Of a DNA stretch of 64,000 nucleotides, positions 24,614 to 37,794 are shown piece after piece. Position 1 is the stretch's first letter; every line of letters starts with the position of its first letter. Under the pieces are notes generated by a model, which had not been told where the DNA came from, made no database searches, and worked only from the letters and a program-made list of their open reading frames with translations. Made by a program: the position numbers and the translations under genes. This DNA is from Malacoraja senta (lineage: Eukaryota). The stretch covers positions 1,180,001-1,244,000 of the forward strand of contig CM075996.1 in assembly GCA_038087875.1 (NCBI GenBank). The letters are read 5' to 3'.

Positions 24614-25040
24614 GTAAGTGGTAGAGTGGAATGGCTCCATTCGTGTGGAGTTCAAACAAGATGTTTGGTGATACAAAGGCACAGAGCTCCTCCTCTACGC
24701 GTAAGACCTCAGCAAATGTTCTCTTTCACTGAGCCTTGCGGTGTTCAAAACAAGAATGCACAAGATACCAAAGCGCAACAAATTCCGCAAATATTAGAAG
24801 TCTTTTGAGTGAAACAGCTCCTCACAAACAAAGCACGATAAAGGGTCTCGGCCCGAAACGTCACCCGTTCCTTCTCTCCAGAGATGCTTCCTGTCCCGCT
24901 GAGTTACTCCAGCATTTTGTGTCTATCTTTGGTTTAAAGTACCTTCCTGCATCAATAAGTTTTTTTTCTAATTTTACTGAGATGGATGTAGGACTCGTGC
25001 TGTTCACATTGTAACGTCTTATAACTTTTATTTGTTGTAG

Positions 25041-25163
25041 GCTAATATAATAAACAACCGACAATATTATCAATGGAGAGATAAAGGTTTGGCCTTTGTG
25101 AATCGTGAGGGCCTCTATGATGTTCCTAACAAGTCGCTTGCTTCAGGCCTTCTCGTGAATTGT
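25041..25163 (+). CDS. DNAAF3: DNAAF3 coding exon 6
   Basis: ttgtag| ... TGT|gtacgt, 123 nt; ANIINNRQYYQWRDKGLAFVNREGLYDVPNKSLASGLLVNC (not in the ORF track). Confidence 0.9.
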
Positions 25164-25896
25164 GTACGTTCAATTTAAAGCAAATATCTGCTTTATATAT
25201 TTTGCATATATTTGAAAATATTATACGTTTATTAAGAAAATGACGGGATGTCATAAGGACCCATAAGGTCAAAGAAATAGTAGAATTAGGCTATTCGGCC
25301 CATCAAGTCTACTCCACCATTCAATCATGGCTGATCTATCTCTCCCTCCTAACCCCATTCTCCTGCCTTCTCCCCATAACCTCTGACACCCGTACTAATC
25401 AAGAATCTATCTATCTTTGACTTAAATATATCCTCTGACGGCATCCACAGCCTTCTGTGGCAATGAATTCCACATGCCCTCTGATTCTTAGCCCTCAGTC
25501 GTGAGAGCTCTCTCCCCCTCTCCCTCTTCCCCCTCTCTCTCTCCCCCTCTCTCTCTCCCCCTCTCCCTCTCCCCCTCCCCCTCTCCCTCTCCCCCTCCCT
25601 CTCTCCCCCTGTGTGAGGCAGCCTGTGTGTGGTGTGTGAGTCAGTGAGACTGATGCGAGGACAGTGCCGTGAGTTATAGCTGCAACACAGCGGTGCGTGG
25701 GAAGTTGGTTCAATGAGGCCGCTCCCACGGGGCCGGCAGAGGTTGTCATTCGCTGCATCTTTTGAAGTAGCAGCCACTTAATGCTGCTGTACTCTTGGTA
25801 TATTTTGACAATGTCATATATTTGAGGTGTCTCAATTTGACATTTGCACTGCAAGTTAACGTATTCAAGCAACAAAAGTGGAACAATCCAATTCCT

Positions 25897-26140
25897 AAGG
25901 TAGACACAAAATGCTGGAGTAACTCAGCGGGACAGGCAGCATCTCTGGAGAGGAGGAGTGGGTGACGTTTCGGGTCGAGACCTTTCTTCATTCTCAAGTC
26001 TTCAATTCTGAAGAAGGGTCTTGACCCGAAACGTCACCCATTCCTTCTCTCCAAAGATGCTGCCTGTCCCGCTGAGTTACTCCAGCACTTTGTGTCTATC
26101 TTCGATTTAAACCAGCGTCTGCAGTTTCTTCCTACACATT
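25897..26140. mobile_element. Inverted (palindromic) pair of Penelope-derived terminal repeats in a DNAAF3 intron
   Basis: Left arm is the reverse complement of the right arm around ~25995; similar pairs at 1-320, 18380-18565, 24176-24335, 35199-35375, 62134-62345, 63438-63680. Confidence 0.8.
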
Positions 26141-26243
26141 CCCATTTCTAGACAGGTTGGCAGAAGTATTTTTGTCTGAGCATCATTAGCAAGGATCAAT
26201 TATTTTTCCAAATTCTTTAAACGCCTGCATGCTTTTCTTGCAG

Positions 26244-26366
26244 AAAGGGGAGAAGGTTGCAGCCCGTGGTTTCTGGGGAGACATTGTTACAAGTCCATAC
26301 GTTGCATTTGGAATTGTTAGTGAAGAAGAATCTCTTCTGAAGAAAGCAAATGGCATCTATGTTAAG
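26244..26366 (+). CDS. DNAAF3: DNAAF3 coding exon 7
   Basis: ttgcag| ... AAG|gtaaaa, 123 nt; KGEKVAARGFWGDIVTSPYVAFGIVSEEESLLKKANGIYVK. Confidence 0.95.
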
Positions 26367-27035
26367 GTAAAAAATGTATACAATTGGTATAAACAGATAC
26401 GATCACTACATTTGGCCAGGTACACGGATAGGGTAGGAGCAGAGGGATGGGGCCTGATGTTGGCAAATGGGACTCATAAGGCCATAAGGTCATAAGTAAT
26501 AGGAGCAGAATTAGGCCATTCGGCCCATCGTCTACTCTGCCATTCAATCATGGCTGATCTATCTCTCCCTCCTAACCCCATTCTCCTGCCTTCTCCCCTT
26601 AACCCCTGACACCCGCACTAATCAAGTACTAGTGTAGATAATGACCAGGTTGTGGTAGTCGACCTCTTCCTGCGCTCTGCAGCTCGCTCACTCTGTTGCA
26701 ACGTTATGAAGGATTTAACAATAATTTGAAGTGAGAGTGAGCCTGATAAATGATCCTAGCATGAAATATCGACAACCATTGGATCAGGCTTTTCATGGAC
26801 AATGTGGCCTCACCTCTTCCTGCTGTGGAAGTGGTTGTGATTCCTGAATGAGATTGTGGATCAAGGTGAATCCACAATCTTACCTGGTGCAGGTTAGGGC
26901 TCTACACTGGTCCAAGTAGACTGAGGTTGAGAATGTAATGAATTTCATCTATGTCACATTCACCAAGACGGCTGTGCACTAAGACTCTGACCTACACGCA
27001 TATCTTTGAACGTTGGTGATCTTTGTGTTCTGCAG

Positions 27036-27291
27036 ACAGCGCAAGATATCTCTCAACACAATGTAACAGCTTTGTTCCATGAACTGGTCAGTAAGGAGAG
27101 GTATGTACTGTTGCCGTCAAAGGAAGAGGCCACTCTGACTGAGATTACAGATGAAGATGAAGATGAAGATGAGCTGAAAGAGGCTTCTCGCACAAAGGAC
27201 GAAGCAACTGGTGAAAGTGAGCAGGTTGTGACAGAGGGTCAAACAGTGAAGCAATGCCACGGGACGGACGTCTCCGGGCCAGCTGAATACG
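27036..27291 (+). CDS. DNAAF3: DNAAF3 coding exon 8 (includes acidic low-complexity segment)
   Basis: ctgcag| ... G|gtaata, 256 nt; TAQDISQHNVTALFHELVSKERY...DEDEDEDE...GPAEY; phase 1 matches next exon. Confidence 0.85.
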
Positions 27292-27729
27292 GTAATATTG
27301 ACAGACTGAATGGGGAAGGGGATGTCACGCCCGGCACTCCTCAAGTCAATGTAGTCAGTAATCATGTACTGCTGTGTTTGCATTTGTGCAAGTTGCATAT
27401 TGAGCATGAACCATCAGATTCAAGCAAGCCACCATTCATTATGTATGTCGGAAGGAACTGCAGATGCTGGTTTACACCGAAGTCAGACACCCACAAAATG
27501 CTGGAGTAACTCAGCGGGACAGGCAGCTTCTCTGGAGAGAAGGAATGGGAGACGTTCCTTGTCGAGACCCTTCTTCAATATGCTCTCTACGGTACATCTG
27601 TAGAAGTTTAAGAGAGGATTTGTCGACATACATAATATTGTGATTATTTATCGTGATTATTTTAACCTTGGGCATGGGCTAGAAAAATTTGAAGTAAATT
27701 CAATAACTACATTTTTTTTCTTCCATCAG

Positions 27730-27844
27730 ATTACCTCCCACTGCCTGACGTAAAAATTCATTTCCTACCATTAAACTGTGTGACAGAGCTTCATAACAAG
27801 AGCAATTACCGAAACCTATTTAATGTGATCTACCTCTCCTGCAG
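27730..27844 (+). CDS. DNAAF3: DNAAF3 coding exon 9
   Basis: catcag| ... AG|gtgagc, 115 nt; DYLPLPDVKIHFLPLNCVTELHNKSNYRNLFNVIYLSCS. Confidence 0.92.
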
Positions 27845-28039
27845 GTGAGCAGATGACTTTGTGTGTTTGGTTTTGCTGCACGTTCAGTGCAAACACCTTC
27901 ACTTTGATCAGTCGCTTCTTGCATCTCCTGTCATCCATATTTCCCTTTCTGACATTACAGAACTACTTTCTGTCATTAATTTTCTCACGTTGTTTGAGCT
28001 CTCTCTCACTTTCTAACGATTCTCTCTTTAGACTTTACT

Positions 28040-28340
28040 TTAGACTTTAGAGATACAGCGCGGAAACAGGCCCTTCGGCCCGCCGACCGCACGACCAGCG
28101 ATCACCCTGTACACTAACACTAACCTACACACACTAGGGACAATTTTTACCGAAGCCACTTAACCTACAAACCTGTTTGTCTTTGGAGTGTGGGAGGAAA
28201 CCAGTGGACATGGAGAAAACCCACACAGTCACAGGGAGAGCATGCAAACTCCGTACAGACAGCACCCGTAGTCAGGATGGAACCCGGGACTCTGGCGCTG
28301 TGAGGCAGCAACTCTACCCGCTGTGCCACCGTGCCGCCCC
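28040..28340 (-). mobile_element. HE1-like V-SINE in a DNAAF3 intron
   Basis: Same SINE, reverse orientation, complete head and tail. Confidence 0.85.
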
Positions 28341-28431
28341 TTCTCACTGCCTCCTGTTTCCTTTCTGCTTGCCTTGATGCCGTGTTTGTGTTGATTCACT
28401 CGATCATTCTCTTTATCTGTCTTTCCACCAG

Positions 28432-28506
28432 TATGGTTCACCAGTTAAAACCAGAGTTGGAGCAGATAGCTGCCCCTCGAGCAACTCTAATCGTGGAACT
28501 GACAAA
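28432..28506 (+). CDS. DNAAF3: DNAAF3 coding exon 10
   Basis: caccag| ... AA|gtaagt, 75 nt; MVHQLKPELEQIAAPRATLIVELTK. Confidence 0.92.
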
Positions 28507-28592
28507 GTAAGTGTTTGGTGGGTTTGATACTTCACTTGAATGGATTCAGCATCGACATGGATGCAGTAAAGTGTGCCGTTGTGTCTTGTTAG

Positions 28593-28740
28593 GTTCATGT
28601 TAGACTTGCGGAGTGAGACAATGAGCAGGTTTGCCAATCGTGTGGCTGAGCTGGGGGCTGGGGCCGGCTTCCTGCCTGTCGGGAGTGTGGACAGCGACAG
28701 AGATGCGTTTGCACGGTTTGAACTCAAAGAGGACCTGTAA
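28593..28740 (+). CDS. DNAAF3: DNAAF3 last coding exon
   Basis: tgttag|; FMLDLRSETMSRFANRVAELGAGAGFLPVGSVDSDRDAFARFELKEDL*; summed CDS 1494 nt = 497 aa + stop, all phases consistent. Confidence 0.92.
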
Positions 28741-28969
28741 TATTGTGAGGCAGAGATGAACCAAACAGACCCTCAGCATCAGCAAGTACCGATCGTCCTG
28801 AAGCTTTGAACACTGGCGACACTGGGCTAGGATATCAGTCACACGCGGGCCAAGGAATGGCATACATATCACAAACAACCTGCTGAAGGGTTATTATTAA
28901 AGAACACGGTGTCATGATGGAACATAACATTTTCTGCATCAAAGCTTGGGTCTTTAATCTGTAGTGCTG

Positions 28970-28975
28970 AATAAA
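28970..28975 (+). terminator. Candidate DNAAF3 polyadenylation signal AATAAA
   Basis: AATAAA 230 nt after the stop codon. Confidence 0.55.
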
Positions 28976-29083
28976 GATGCATTAACTTTGACATCGTTCA
29001 GTGTGTGAACATTTCATTCCATTAAGGCTTTTTCCCTACAAAGTAATACCATGATGCTCCTGAAATAATAACAACCAGAATTA

Positions 29084-32075
29084 TTTTTTTTAAATATGTT
29101 TATTTTATTAGAAGTAAGTACAGTAATGTGGCACCAAGGTGCCTAATATATATTGGCAGGTTACATTTTATGTACAGCGTCGTATTTTTTAATAATAAAA
29201 GAGAGAAAGAAAGAATAGGTAATAAAAAATAGAAAAACGTGTGATGTGTTGGTGTGTGAAAAGGAAAAGGGGAGAAAGAGGGGAAGTTAAAAAAAAGAGA
29301 GAAAGAGAAAGAGTAGAGAGTAGGAGATTATAGGAGATAGTTATTTATATTCTTGACCATCCTTCACCCAGTCCTGAAACAGTTGGTTTCTACGATTTTG
29401 TTGCACCATATGCTTCCAAGAAGTCGACAAATGGAGACCAACTCGTTAAGAATTGGTCTGGTTTGTCTGTCAGGAGGAATCGCATTTCTTCAAGATGTGC
29501 GGTGTCCAACATGTTTGAAATCCACATTTTAAGCGTTGGTATGGGTGTATTTTTCCAAAATTGAAGTATAAGTTTTTTTGCTGTTATTAACCCATAATTA
29601 AAAAACGAATTTTGAGATGTGTTCAATTTGTTCCCATCTTCCGTTACTCCAAGTATAATCATTTAAGTGTTAGGCTCCATTTTTATCTTGAATAATTTTG
29701 TAAATATTTCAAAGATATCGCTCCAGAATTTATGAAGTTTTATGCAGGAAACAAAAGAGTGTGTTATAGTGGCATTTAGAGATAAACATTTATCACAAAT
29801 GGGAGAAGTATTTGGATAGAATTTATTCAGTCTAGTTTTTGAATAATATAATCTATGTAGAATTTTAAATTGAATTAAGTTATCTTACATTAACCTAACA
29901 TTTGTGTATATATATCAAATGCTTTTCCCATGTTTCTTTCGTGATTTTTATCATTAATTCTCATTCCCAATTTTCTCTAAGTGCCTCTGTCGATGGTAGT
30001 TCTATGTTTAAAATACTATTATATAAATATGATATTAATTTCTGTGAGTCAGCCTTAATATTCATTGCTTCTTCCAGTGGATCTAAAGTTATAGTTTGAT
30101 GTCTTTGTATGTATTTCTTCATGAAGTAGCAGATCTGAAGGTATTTAAAATATTGGTTATTTTTCAGCTTAAATTTTAATTGTAATTGTTGGAATGATAA
30201 CAGATTTCCCATTTCATACATATCACCGATCCTTTTAATTCCCATTCTTTCCCATTGGTTATATGTTTTATCGGTAAGAGATGGTTTAAATGAAGGATTA
30301 TTCACTATTGGCATTAACAATGATAGGTTTCTTAATTTTAAAGTTAATTTTATTTGTTTCCAAATTCTTATTGTATTGTGGATAATTGGATTATTCTTAT
30401 ATATTGTGTTGTTCAGTTTTATCGGGGAGAAGAGGATCGCTCCAATGTTACAAGGAGAACAATCCTCTTTCTCCATTCTTATCCATTCTGTCTGTTGGGT
30501 AGGACTGTCCAACCAATAAATTATATTCTTAATATGCACTGCCCAGTAATAATACAAAAAGTTCGGAAGTGAAAGTCCCCCAGCGTCTTTGGGTTTACAC
30601 AGGTGTTTTCTTTGAATTCTATGTGATCCATAGTCCCAAATAAAGTTGGTAATATTAGAGTCTAGTTTTTTGAAGAAGTTTTTTGGTATGTATAATGGTA
30701 TAGATTGAAATAGGTATAATATTTGTGGTAAAAAGATCATTTTTATAGCGTTTATTCTGCCTATTAATGACAACGGAGTGTTTTCCAGAATTTAATCAAC
30801 GCGTTCAATTTATTTAATAAAGGCATAAAATTAGCATTAAATAATGATTTGTATTTTCTAGTAATTTGAATACCCAAATACTTAAATTTTTCTGTTGCAA
30901 TTTTAAAGGGGAATTTTAATAGGTGTGTCGATTCTTGAGGTTTTAACGTCATGATTTTACTTTTATTCCAGTTTATTCTGTATCCTGAAAAAGAACCGAA
31001 TTCCTCTATTAAATTTAATGTTTGGTATGCTCGTTTGTGAATTTGTAATGTATAGAAGTATATCATCTGCGTATAATGACATTTTATTATTTGAGTCCTT
31101 AGTATTATATCCCCGAATATTTGGATGAATTCTTATACTTTCAGCTAAGGGCTCTATCATGAGGGCAAATAGCAGGGGTGATAATGCACATCCCTGCCTA
31201 TTGCCCCTCGATAATTGACATTTTGGAGATAACATGTTATTAGTTAATATTCTTGCTGTCGGTTTGTCATATAATAATTTTACCCATACAATAAAATTCT
31301 CTCCCATATTAAATTTTTGCAGTACTTTATATAAATACTGCCACTCTACCTGATCAAATGCTTTCTCTGCGTCCAGAGAAACAATTGATATATCTTCTTC
31401 TTCCGTTTTATGTGAGTATATTATATTAAACAGGCGTCTCAAATTATTAAATGAATGTCTTTTGGGTATAAACCCCGTTTGATCTGGGTTTATCAATTTA
31501 CTAATGTATTTACTCAATCTTCTTGCTAAAGTCTTTGCTAAAATTTTCTGATCTGTATTTAAAAGTGATATAGCTCTATATGAGCCTGGTTCTTCTAAAT
31601 CTTTATCTTTTTTTGGTATAAGCGTAATAGTTGATTCAGCTAATGTTTCTGGTAGTTTATTTTCTTTAAAGGCATGAGTATATAGTTTAAGTAAATGTGG
31701 AGCCGTTATCTCGTGAAATCTTTTGTAAAATTCATTGATAAAACCATCTGGTTCAGGCGTCTTACCATTTTTCAACGATATTATTGTTTCTCCTATTTCT
31801 TCAAGTGTAATCTGAGCTCCTAATTCCTCTTGTTCCGGGAGGTCAAGTTTTGGAAGATTACAGTTATCTAAAAAATTTATAATTTTGCTATCTTCTATTT
31901 TAGTTTTAGATGTTTATAAATGTTGATAAAATTGAGCAAATCTTTTGTTAATATCCTTAGGTAATGTTAGTAATTCACCTTTCTCTGATTTAATTTTAGT
32001 GATAGTATTTTCCTTTTCTTGTTTTTTCAATTGACGAGCTAAGAGTTTATGTGGCTTATCACCAAATTCAAAATG
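29084..32075 (-). mobile_element. 5'-truncated L1-clade LINE (ORF2 reverse transcriptase, frameshifted) with poly(A) tail and 15-bp target-site duplication
   Basis: Minus-strand ORF pieces 30963-31775, 30764-31066, 29961-30773, 29390-29662 with RT motifs (GKTPEPDG, YRAISLLNTD, SLDAEKAFD, RQGCALSP, YADD, KYLGI); T8 at 29084-29091; TAACAACCAGAATTA at 29069-29083 and 32076-32090. Confidence 0.95.
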
Positions 32076-32355
32076 TAACAACCAGAATTAGTGAACAATA
32101 TTGAAGTAAAGTCGCCCCCAATACTGGCCAATGGTCATTTCCTTTGTGTCCCTGACGTAAGTGGACACGTTCTTGCATGTGCTGCATGTGCTCAATGGTT
32201 GGACATTTATTACATTTATTAGTAATACTCAGGAAAGTAAACTTCTGTGCAGAATTCTGTAAAGAGAGCCTGGAATTCTGTGCAGTGGCTGGAGATTGCA
32301 AATATTCTGACCAAACTGTTCTTCTCAGTGATTCAATGACAGATGTTGCAACACA

Positions 32356-32650
32356 GGGCGTCACAGTGGCGCAGCGGGTAGAGCTGCTGCCTCACAGCAT
32401 CAGAGACCCCGGTTCCATCCTGACTACGGGTGCTGTCTGTACGGAGTTTGTACGTTCTCCCTGTAATCACGTGGGTTTTCTCCGGGAGCTCCGGTTTCCT
32501 CCCACACTCCAAAGACGTGCGGGTTTGTAGGTTAATTGGCTTTGGTAAAAATTGTAAATTGTCCCCAGTGTGTAGGATAGCGTAAGTGTACAAGGATCAC
32601 GGGTCGGTATGGACTCGGTGGGCCGAAGGGCTTGTTTCTGCGCTGCATCT
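32356..32650 (+). mobile_element. HE1-like V-SINE
   Basis: Head GGGCGTCACAGTGGCGCAGCGG through GGGCCGAAGGGCTTGTTTCTGCGCTG tail. Confidence 0.85.
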
Positions 32651-33789
32651 CTGCATGAACTGCGGCAACAACGAGAGAGCGGTCCTGAGCTACCATCTAC
32701 CTAACTGGAGACCCTCGGACTATCTTTAATCAGACTTTACTGGGCTTTACCTTGCACTAAACGTTATTCCCTTTATCCTGTATCTGTACAGTGTGGACGG
32801 CTCGATTGTAATCATGTATTGTCTTTCCGCTGACTGGTTAGCACGCAACAAAAGCTTTTCACTCCACCTCGGTACACGTGACTATAAACTAAACTAAACT
32901 AATGTTACAGGGCACCGGAGGAAATTGCACAGAGGACAACATACTGGTGGGTGCCTTTCCAAGTCAGACAAGACTTTCTGGATGAGTGTGCAGTACCTCA
33001 TTATACCACACTGTGTTGCTGCTGAGCAGCTGCACTCTGCACTCTGAGCGCTTTGTGTTAGGTTCTGTGGCCAAATGGTCATCGTGCCCTCTGTATACAG
33101 ACGGCTCCACTGGGCAGGGTCAGGTGGATGACACTCCCACTGGACCAGTCTACTGAGCGTTACAGTCAGTGGCATGGAGCCACTCTGTCTGAACAGCGAG
33201 ATATCGAGTCCCTGTAATTCTCTGCAGGAGGGAGATAGATTAATTATTCACAGTTTCGGGTCCCATAGAGTGAACAGGCCCTTCGGCCCAACTTGCCCAC
33301 ACCGGCCAACATGCCCCATCTACACTAGTCCCACCTGCCCATATCCCTCCAAACCTGTCCTATCCATGTACCAGTCTAAATGTTTCTTAAACGTAGCGAT
33401 AGTCCCTGCCTCAACTACCTCCTCTGGCAGCTCGTTCCGTACACCCACCACCCTTTGTGTCAAAGAGTTGTGGGAAGAAACCGGATCACCCGGAGAAAAC
33501 CCACATGGTCACAGGGAGATAGACATAAAAAGCTGGAGTAACTCAGCGGGACAGGCAGCATCTCTGGAGAGAAGGAATAGGTGACGTTTCAGGTCAAGAC
33601 CCTTCTTAATGTACAAACTCCACACAGACAGAATGATGTCAGGTTTGAACATGGGGTCTCTAGGGCTGTGAGACAGTGGCACTACCCGCTGTGAGGCAGT
33701 GGCATTACCCGCTGTGCCAATGTGCCACCCCGGTTCATATTTGTTTTGCGTCTATTAACAAATAGGGCACAATCTCGAGCAAGTCAGAC

Positions 33790-33998
33790 GTGGCTTCATA
33801 TCCACTCCATGGACTTGAGGGAAGAATCTAGGGTGTGATTTAACGCAGCTGAGAGTGAGTGTTTTATCGGGGGGGGGAGGAAGCGAAGGGGGGGGCTGTT
33901 ATGTGCAGACATTCACATGAGACGATAAACCGTCAGCACCTCTATCCTCTCCAAACGTCATAAAAGACCCTGACCGGTGGGGAATTCCCCAGTGTCCG
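33790..33998 (+). mobile_element. Highly decayed DeuSINE-like remnant
   Basis: TCCACTCCATGGACTTGAG..AATCTAGG..ATGAGACGATAAACCG..TAAAAGACCC..AATTCCCCAGTGTCC in the expected order. Confidence 0.45.
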
Positions 33999-34404
33999 AG
34001 CTTCAGGCAGCTGTTTCACACTGAAGAAGAGTCTCGACCCGAAACATTACCCATTCCTCCTCTCCAGAGATGCTGCCTGTCCCGCTGAGTTACTCCAGCA
34101 TTCTGTGTCTGTCTTTCTGTGCATCCTGCTGTATTCTAACCATGCAGGGCAGGATTAGCAGTGTGGAAAGAGCCAAGTGATCAATGAATCCCATGAGGAA
34201 CTTCACGCTTTCACTTGTCAAAATATCAAGAGTCATTTTGCTGAAATGAAGAGGTCATGTCTTCAGTGGATGCATTTGGTGATCACCACATTAACAGGAA
34301 CGGAGGTGTAAAATGCAAGACGTCTTGTGTGTGCTGTCAGTTATTGAGGCATACACCACTGAACTTCAATTATCACAGATAATGTTCTTCATCGCTGTGT
34401 GTGT

Positions 34405-34461
<57 letters not shown>

Positions 34462-35619
34462 ACCAGATTAAAATTTGTCAGTGTGTTCAGTGATGAAAAT
34501 TAAATGCAATCCTGCCAAAGCAATAAGTATAATTGTGCTTTTACCTCGAGTAATACTGAGCTATGTGTGAGATCGCCACAGGGGATCCTTCTTCCCTGTG
34601 GCTCTCAAACTGTACAACTCCTCCCCCTTGTGTTGTGGGGTAGACTGACTCCCCACCTCCACCCCAATCTTTGCACATCACCCAATCCTTTCCACTCCTC
34701 ACTTTAATTTCATGTATTTTGTGTTTTTATGACTGTTGGCAGATCAATTCCCCCCCTGAGATAAATAAAGATCTACTGTAGCGTATCGCAGATATTTGAG
34801 CATATCCATGGATGGGGAATGGTGCCTTTCCTCCTGTTCTCAAAGGCACACGTTCCTGATCCTTGAAGTCATGCCAACCTCTATATCTGCTTCCGACAAC
34901 CAGACAGTTTTATGCTCGAGCTTATTAACAGGTACCGACTCTGCTTTTTAGTGGAAACAAGGGAGTGCAGATGCTGGTTTACACAAGAGGACAACATGGA
35001 TAAAGTGAAAGGGATGTATTCAAGAGAGAGTTAGATTTAGCTCTTCAGGCTAATGGAATCAAGGGATATGGGGAGAAAGCAGGAACGGGGTACTGATTCT
35101 GGATGATCAGCCATGACCATATTGAATGGCAGTGCTGGCTCGAAGGGCCGAATGGCCTACTCCTGCACCCATTTTCCATGTTTCATGTTCTATGTTCTAA
35201 GATAGACACAAAAAGCTGGAGTAACTCAGCTGAAGACTCTGGTCTGAAGAAGGGCTTCAACACGAAACTTCGCCCGTTCCTTCTCTCCAGAGATGCTGCC
35301 TGTCCCGCTGAGTTACTCCAGCTTTTTGTGTCTATCTTCGGTTTAAACCAGCATCTGCAGTTCCTTCTTACACACAAAGTGAAAGAGCCTGTTTCGGTTT
35401 CAAACACCACTGTGTTTCTAAGAAACATCAAATGCTAGAACCTTGAGCAAAGAAACAAAGAGCTGGAGTAACTCAGTGAGCCGGCAGCATCTGTGGGAGG
35501 AATATTCTGGCTGTGGATCAGACTGGAAAAGGGTCCCGACCCCAATATATCGTCTGTCCCTTCCCTCCACAGATGCTGCCTGACCTGCATTTTGTGTTGT
35601 GCTGGCCCTGGAACCCATG

Positions 35620-36645
35620 GACAGCGGCTGGTCAGTGGACAGGCTGGTCAGTGGACAGTGGCTGGTCAGTAGACAGGCTGGTCAGTAGACAGGCTGGTCA
35701 GTGGACAGGCTGCTCAGTAGACAGTGGCTGGTCAGTAGACAGGCTGGTCAGTAGACAGGCTGGTCAGTGGACAGGCTGGTCAGTAGACAGTGGCTGGTCA
35801 GTAGACAGGCTGGTCAGTAGACAGTGGCTGGTCAGTGTACAGGCTGGTCAATAGGCTGGTCAGTGGACAGTGGCTGGTCAGTAGACAGACTGCTCAGTGG
35901 ACAGTGGCTGGTCAGTGGACAGTGGCTGGTCAGTAGACAGGCTGGTCAGTGGACAGGCTGATCAGTAGACAGTGGCTGGTCAGTAGACAGGCTGGTCAGT
36001 AGACAGGCTGGTCAGTGTACAGGCTGGTCAGTGGACAGTGGCTGGTCAGTAGACAGGCTGGTCAGTGGACAGTGGCTGGTCAGTAGACAGGCTGGTCAGT
36101 GGACAGTGGCTGGTCAGTAGACAGGCTGGTCAGTGGACAGTGGCTGGTCAGTAGACAGGCTGGTCAGTGGACAGTGGCTGGTCAGTAGACAGGCTGGTCA
36201 GTAGACAGACTGCTCAGTGGGTAGTGGCTGGTTAGTGGACAGTGGCTGGTCAGTGGACAGTGGCTGGTCAGTAGACAGGCTGGTCAGTGGACAGTGGCTG
36301 GTCAGTGGACAGTGGCTGGTCAGTAGACAGGCTGGTCAGTAGACAGGCTGGTCAGTAGACAGGCTGGTCAGTGTACAGGCTGGTCAGTGGACAGGCTGGT
36401 CAGTAGACAGGCTGGTCAGTGTACAGGCTGGTCAGTGAACAGGCTGGTCAGTAGACAGTGGCTGGTCAGTAGACAGGCTGGTCAGTAGACAGGCTGGTCA
36501 GTAGACAGGCTGGTCAGTGGACAGTGGCTGGTCAGTAGACAGTGGCTGGTCAGTGGACAGGCTGATCAGTAGACAGTGGCTGGTCAGTAGACAGGCTGGT
36601 CAGTGTACAGGCTGGTCAGTGGACAGTGGCTGGTCAGTGGACAGC
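35620..36645. repeat. 16/18-bp minisatellite (GGCTGGTCAGTRGACA[GT])n, ~1 kb
   Basis: Direct inspection. Confidence 0.95.
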
Positions 36646-37794
36646 GAGGGACCTGAGGAGAGGGAGGAAGGATAGGAAGATAGCTGTCAGCAGGAGTGGC
36701 TGATATACACTTCACCTTCACTAATATGTGGTGTGGGGGCAAGTTGACAAAGATTTACAGCAACGTTCAGAATAGAAATCACGTACACACAACAAATCCC
36801 CAGACATCACAAACCTCTGTCATCAAATCCTCCTTAATCCCGGGAGCCTGTATGGTTTTCATTATTCACCACTCTGGACCCTGGTTTCATGTTAATCTGC
36901 TTTTGTTGTCTCAATATAAAAATATCGAGCACCTGTTGAAAATGTCCATGACCTGCTCATTGGCCAAAAATAAAATCTTGTGTGTTAAACAAGAAGTGTA
37001 ATTGCTGCCTTTTAAAGTTGAGACTCTGGCCGATCTATTTCCATCAGACAATGTCACCACATGTACAATGGGCTGTGTTATACAAGGACTGGCTGACTAC
37101 ATTAGCTAGCTACTATCCTTTGCTAGTTCAGCAAGCTAGAGTCATTTTGGCAGTGAAGGAGGCCATTTGGCCCATTGGGTCTATACTGACGTGTTGTTGA
37201 GCATCACAGGCAGATCAATTTTCTTGTGTAGGAAGGAACTGCTGGTTTACATCAAAGATAGACACAGAGTGCTGGAGTAACTCAGCGGGATGGGCAGCAT
37301 CTCTGGAGAGAAGGAATGGGTAACGTTTCGGGTCGAGACCCTTCTTCAGACTTCTCCAGAGATGCTGCATGAAGTTTGCATGTTCTCTCTGCGATCGTGT
37401 GGGTTCTTGTCTGGGTTGCTCCGGTTTCCTTCCACATCACAAAGATGTTTGCGTTTGATGGTTAATTGTGCCGAAGTGGATAGAAGAGTGAACGTAGAAC
37501 TAGAGTGAGCGGGTGATCAACGGTTGGCGTGGACTCGTTGGGCCGAACTCGTTTTGCATGCTGTATCTCTAAACCGAACTAGAAACACATTGAACACGCT
37601 GCCAGCTCTTTAACAGAGCTGTCCGTTCATTCGCCCAGCTGGCAACACATATCACTCTTCAAGTATTTAGCCAACTCCCTCATGAATGTTCCTGTTGGAT
37701 TGTCCTTGCCACTCATTCTGTTCCAACCTGACTCACTCCACAAGGCACTGAAGGCCACAAGACATTGTCTGAGCAAGCAGAGTCCAGGCCGCGA

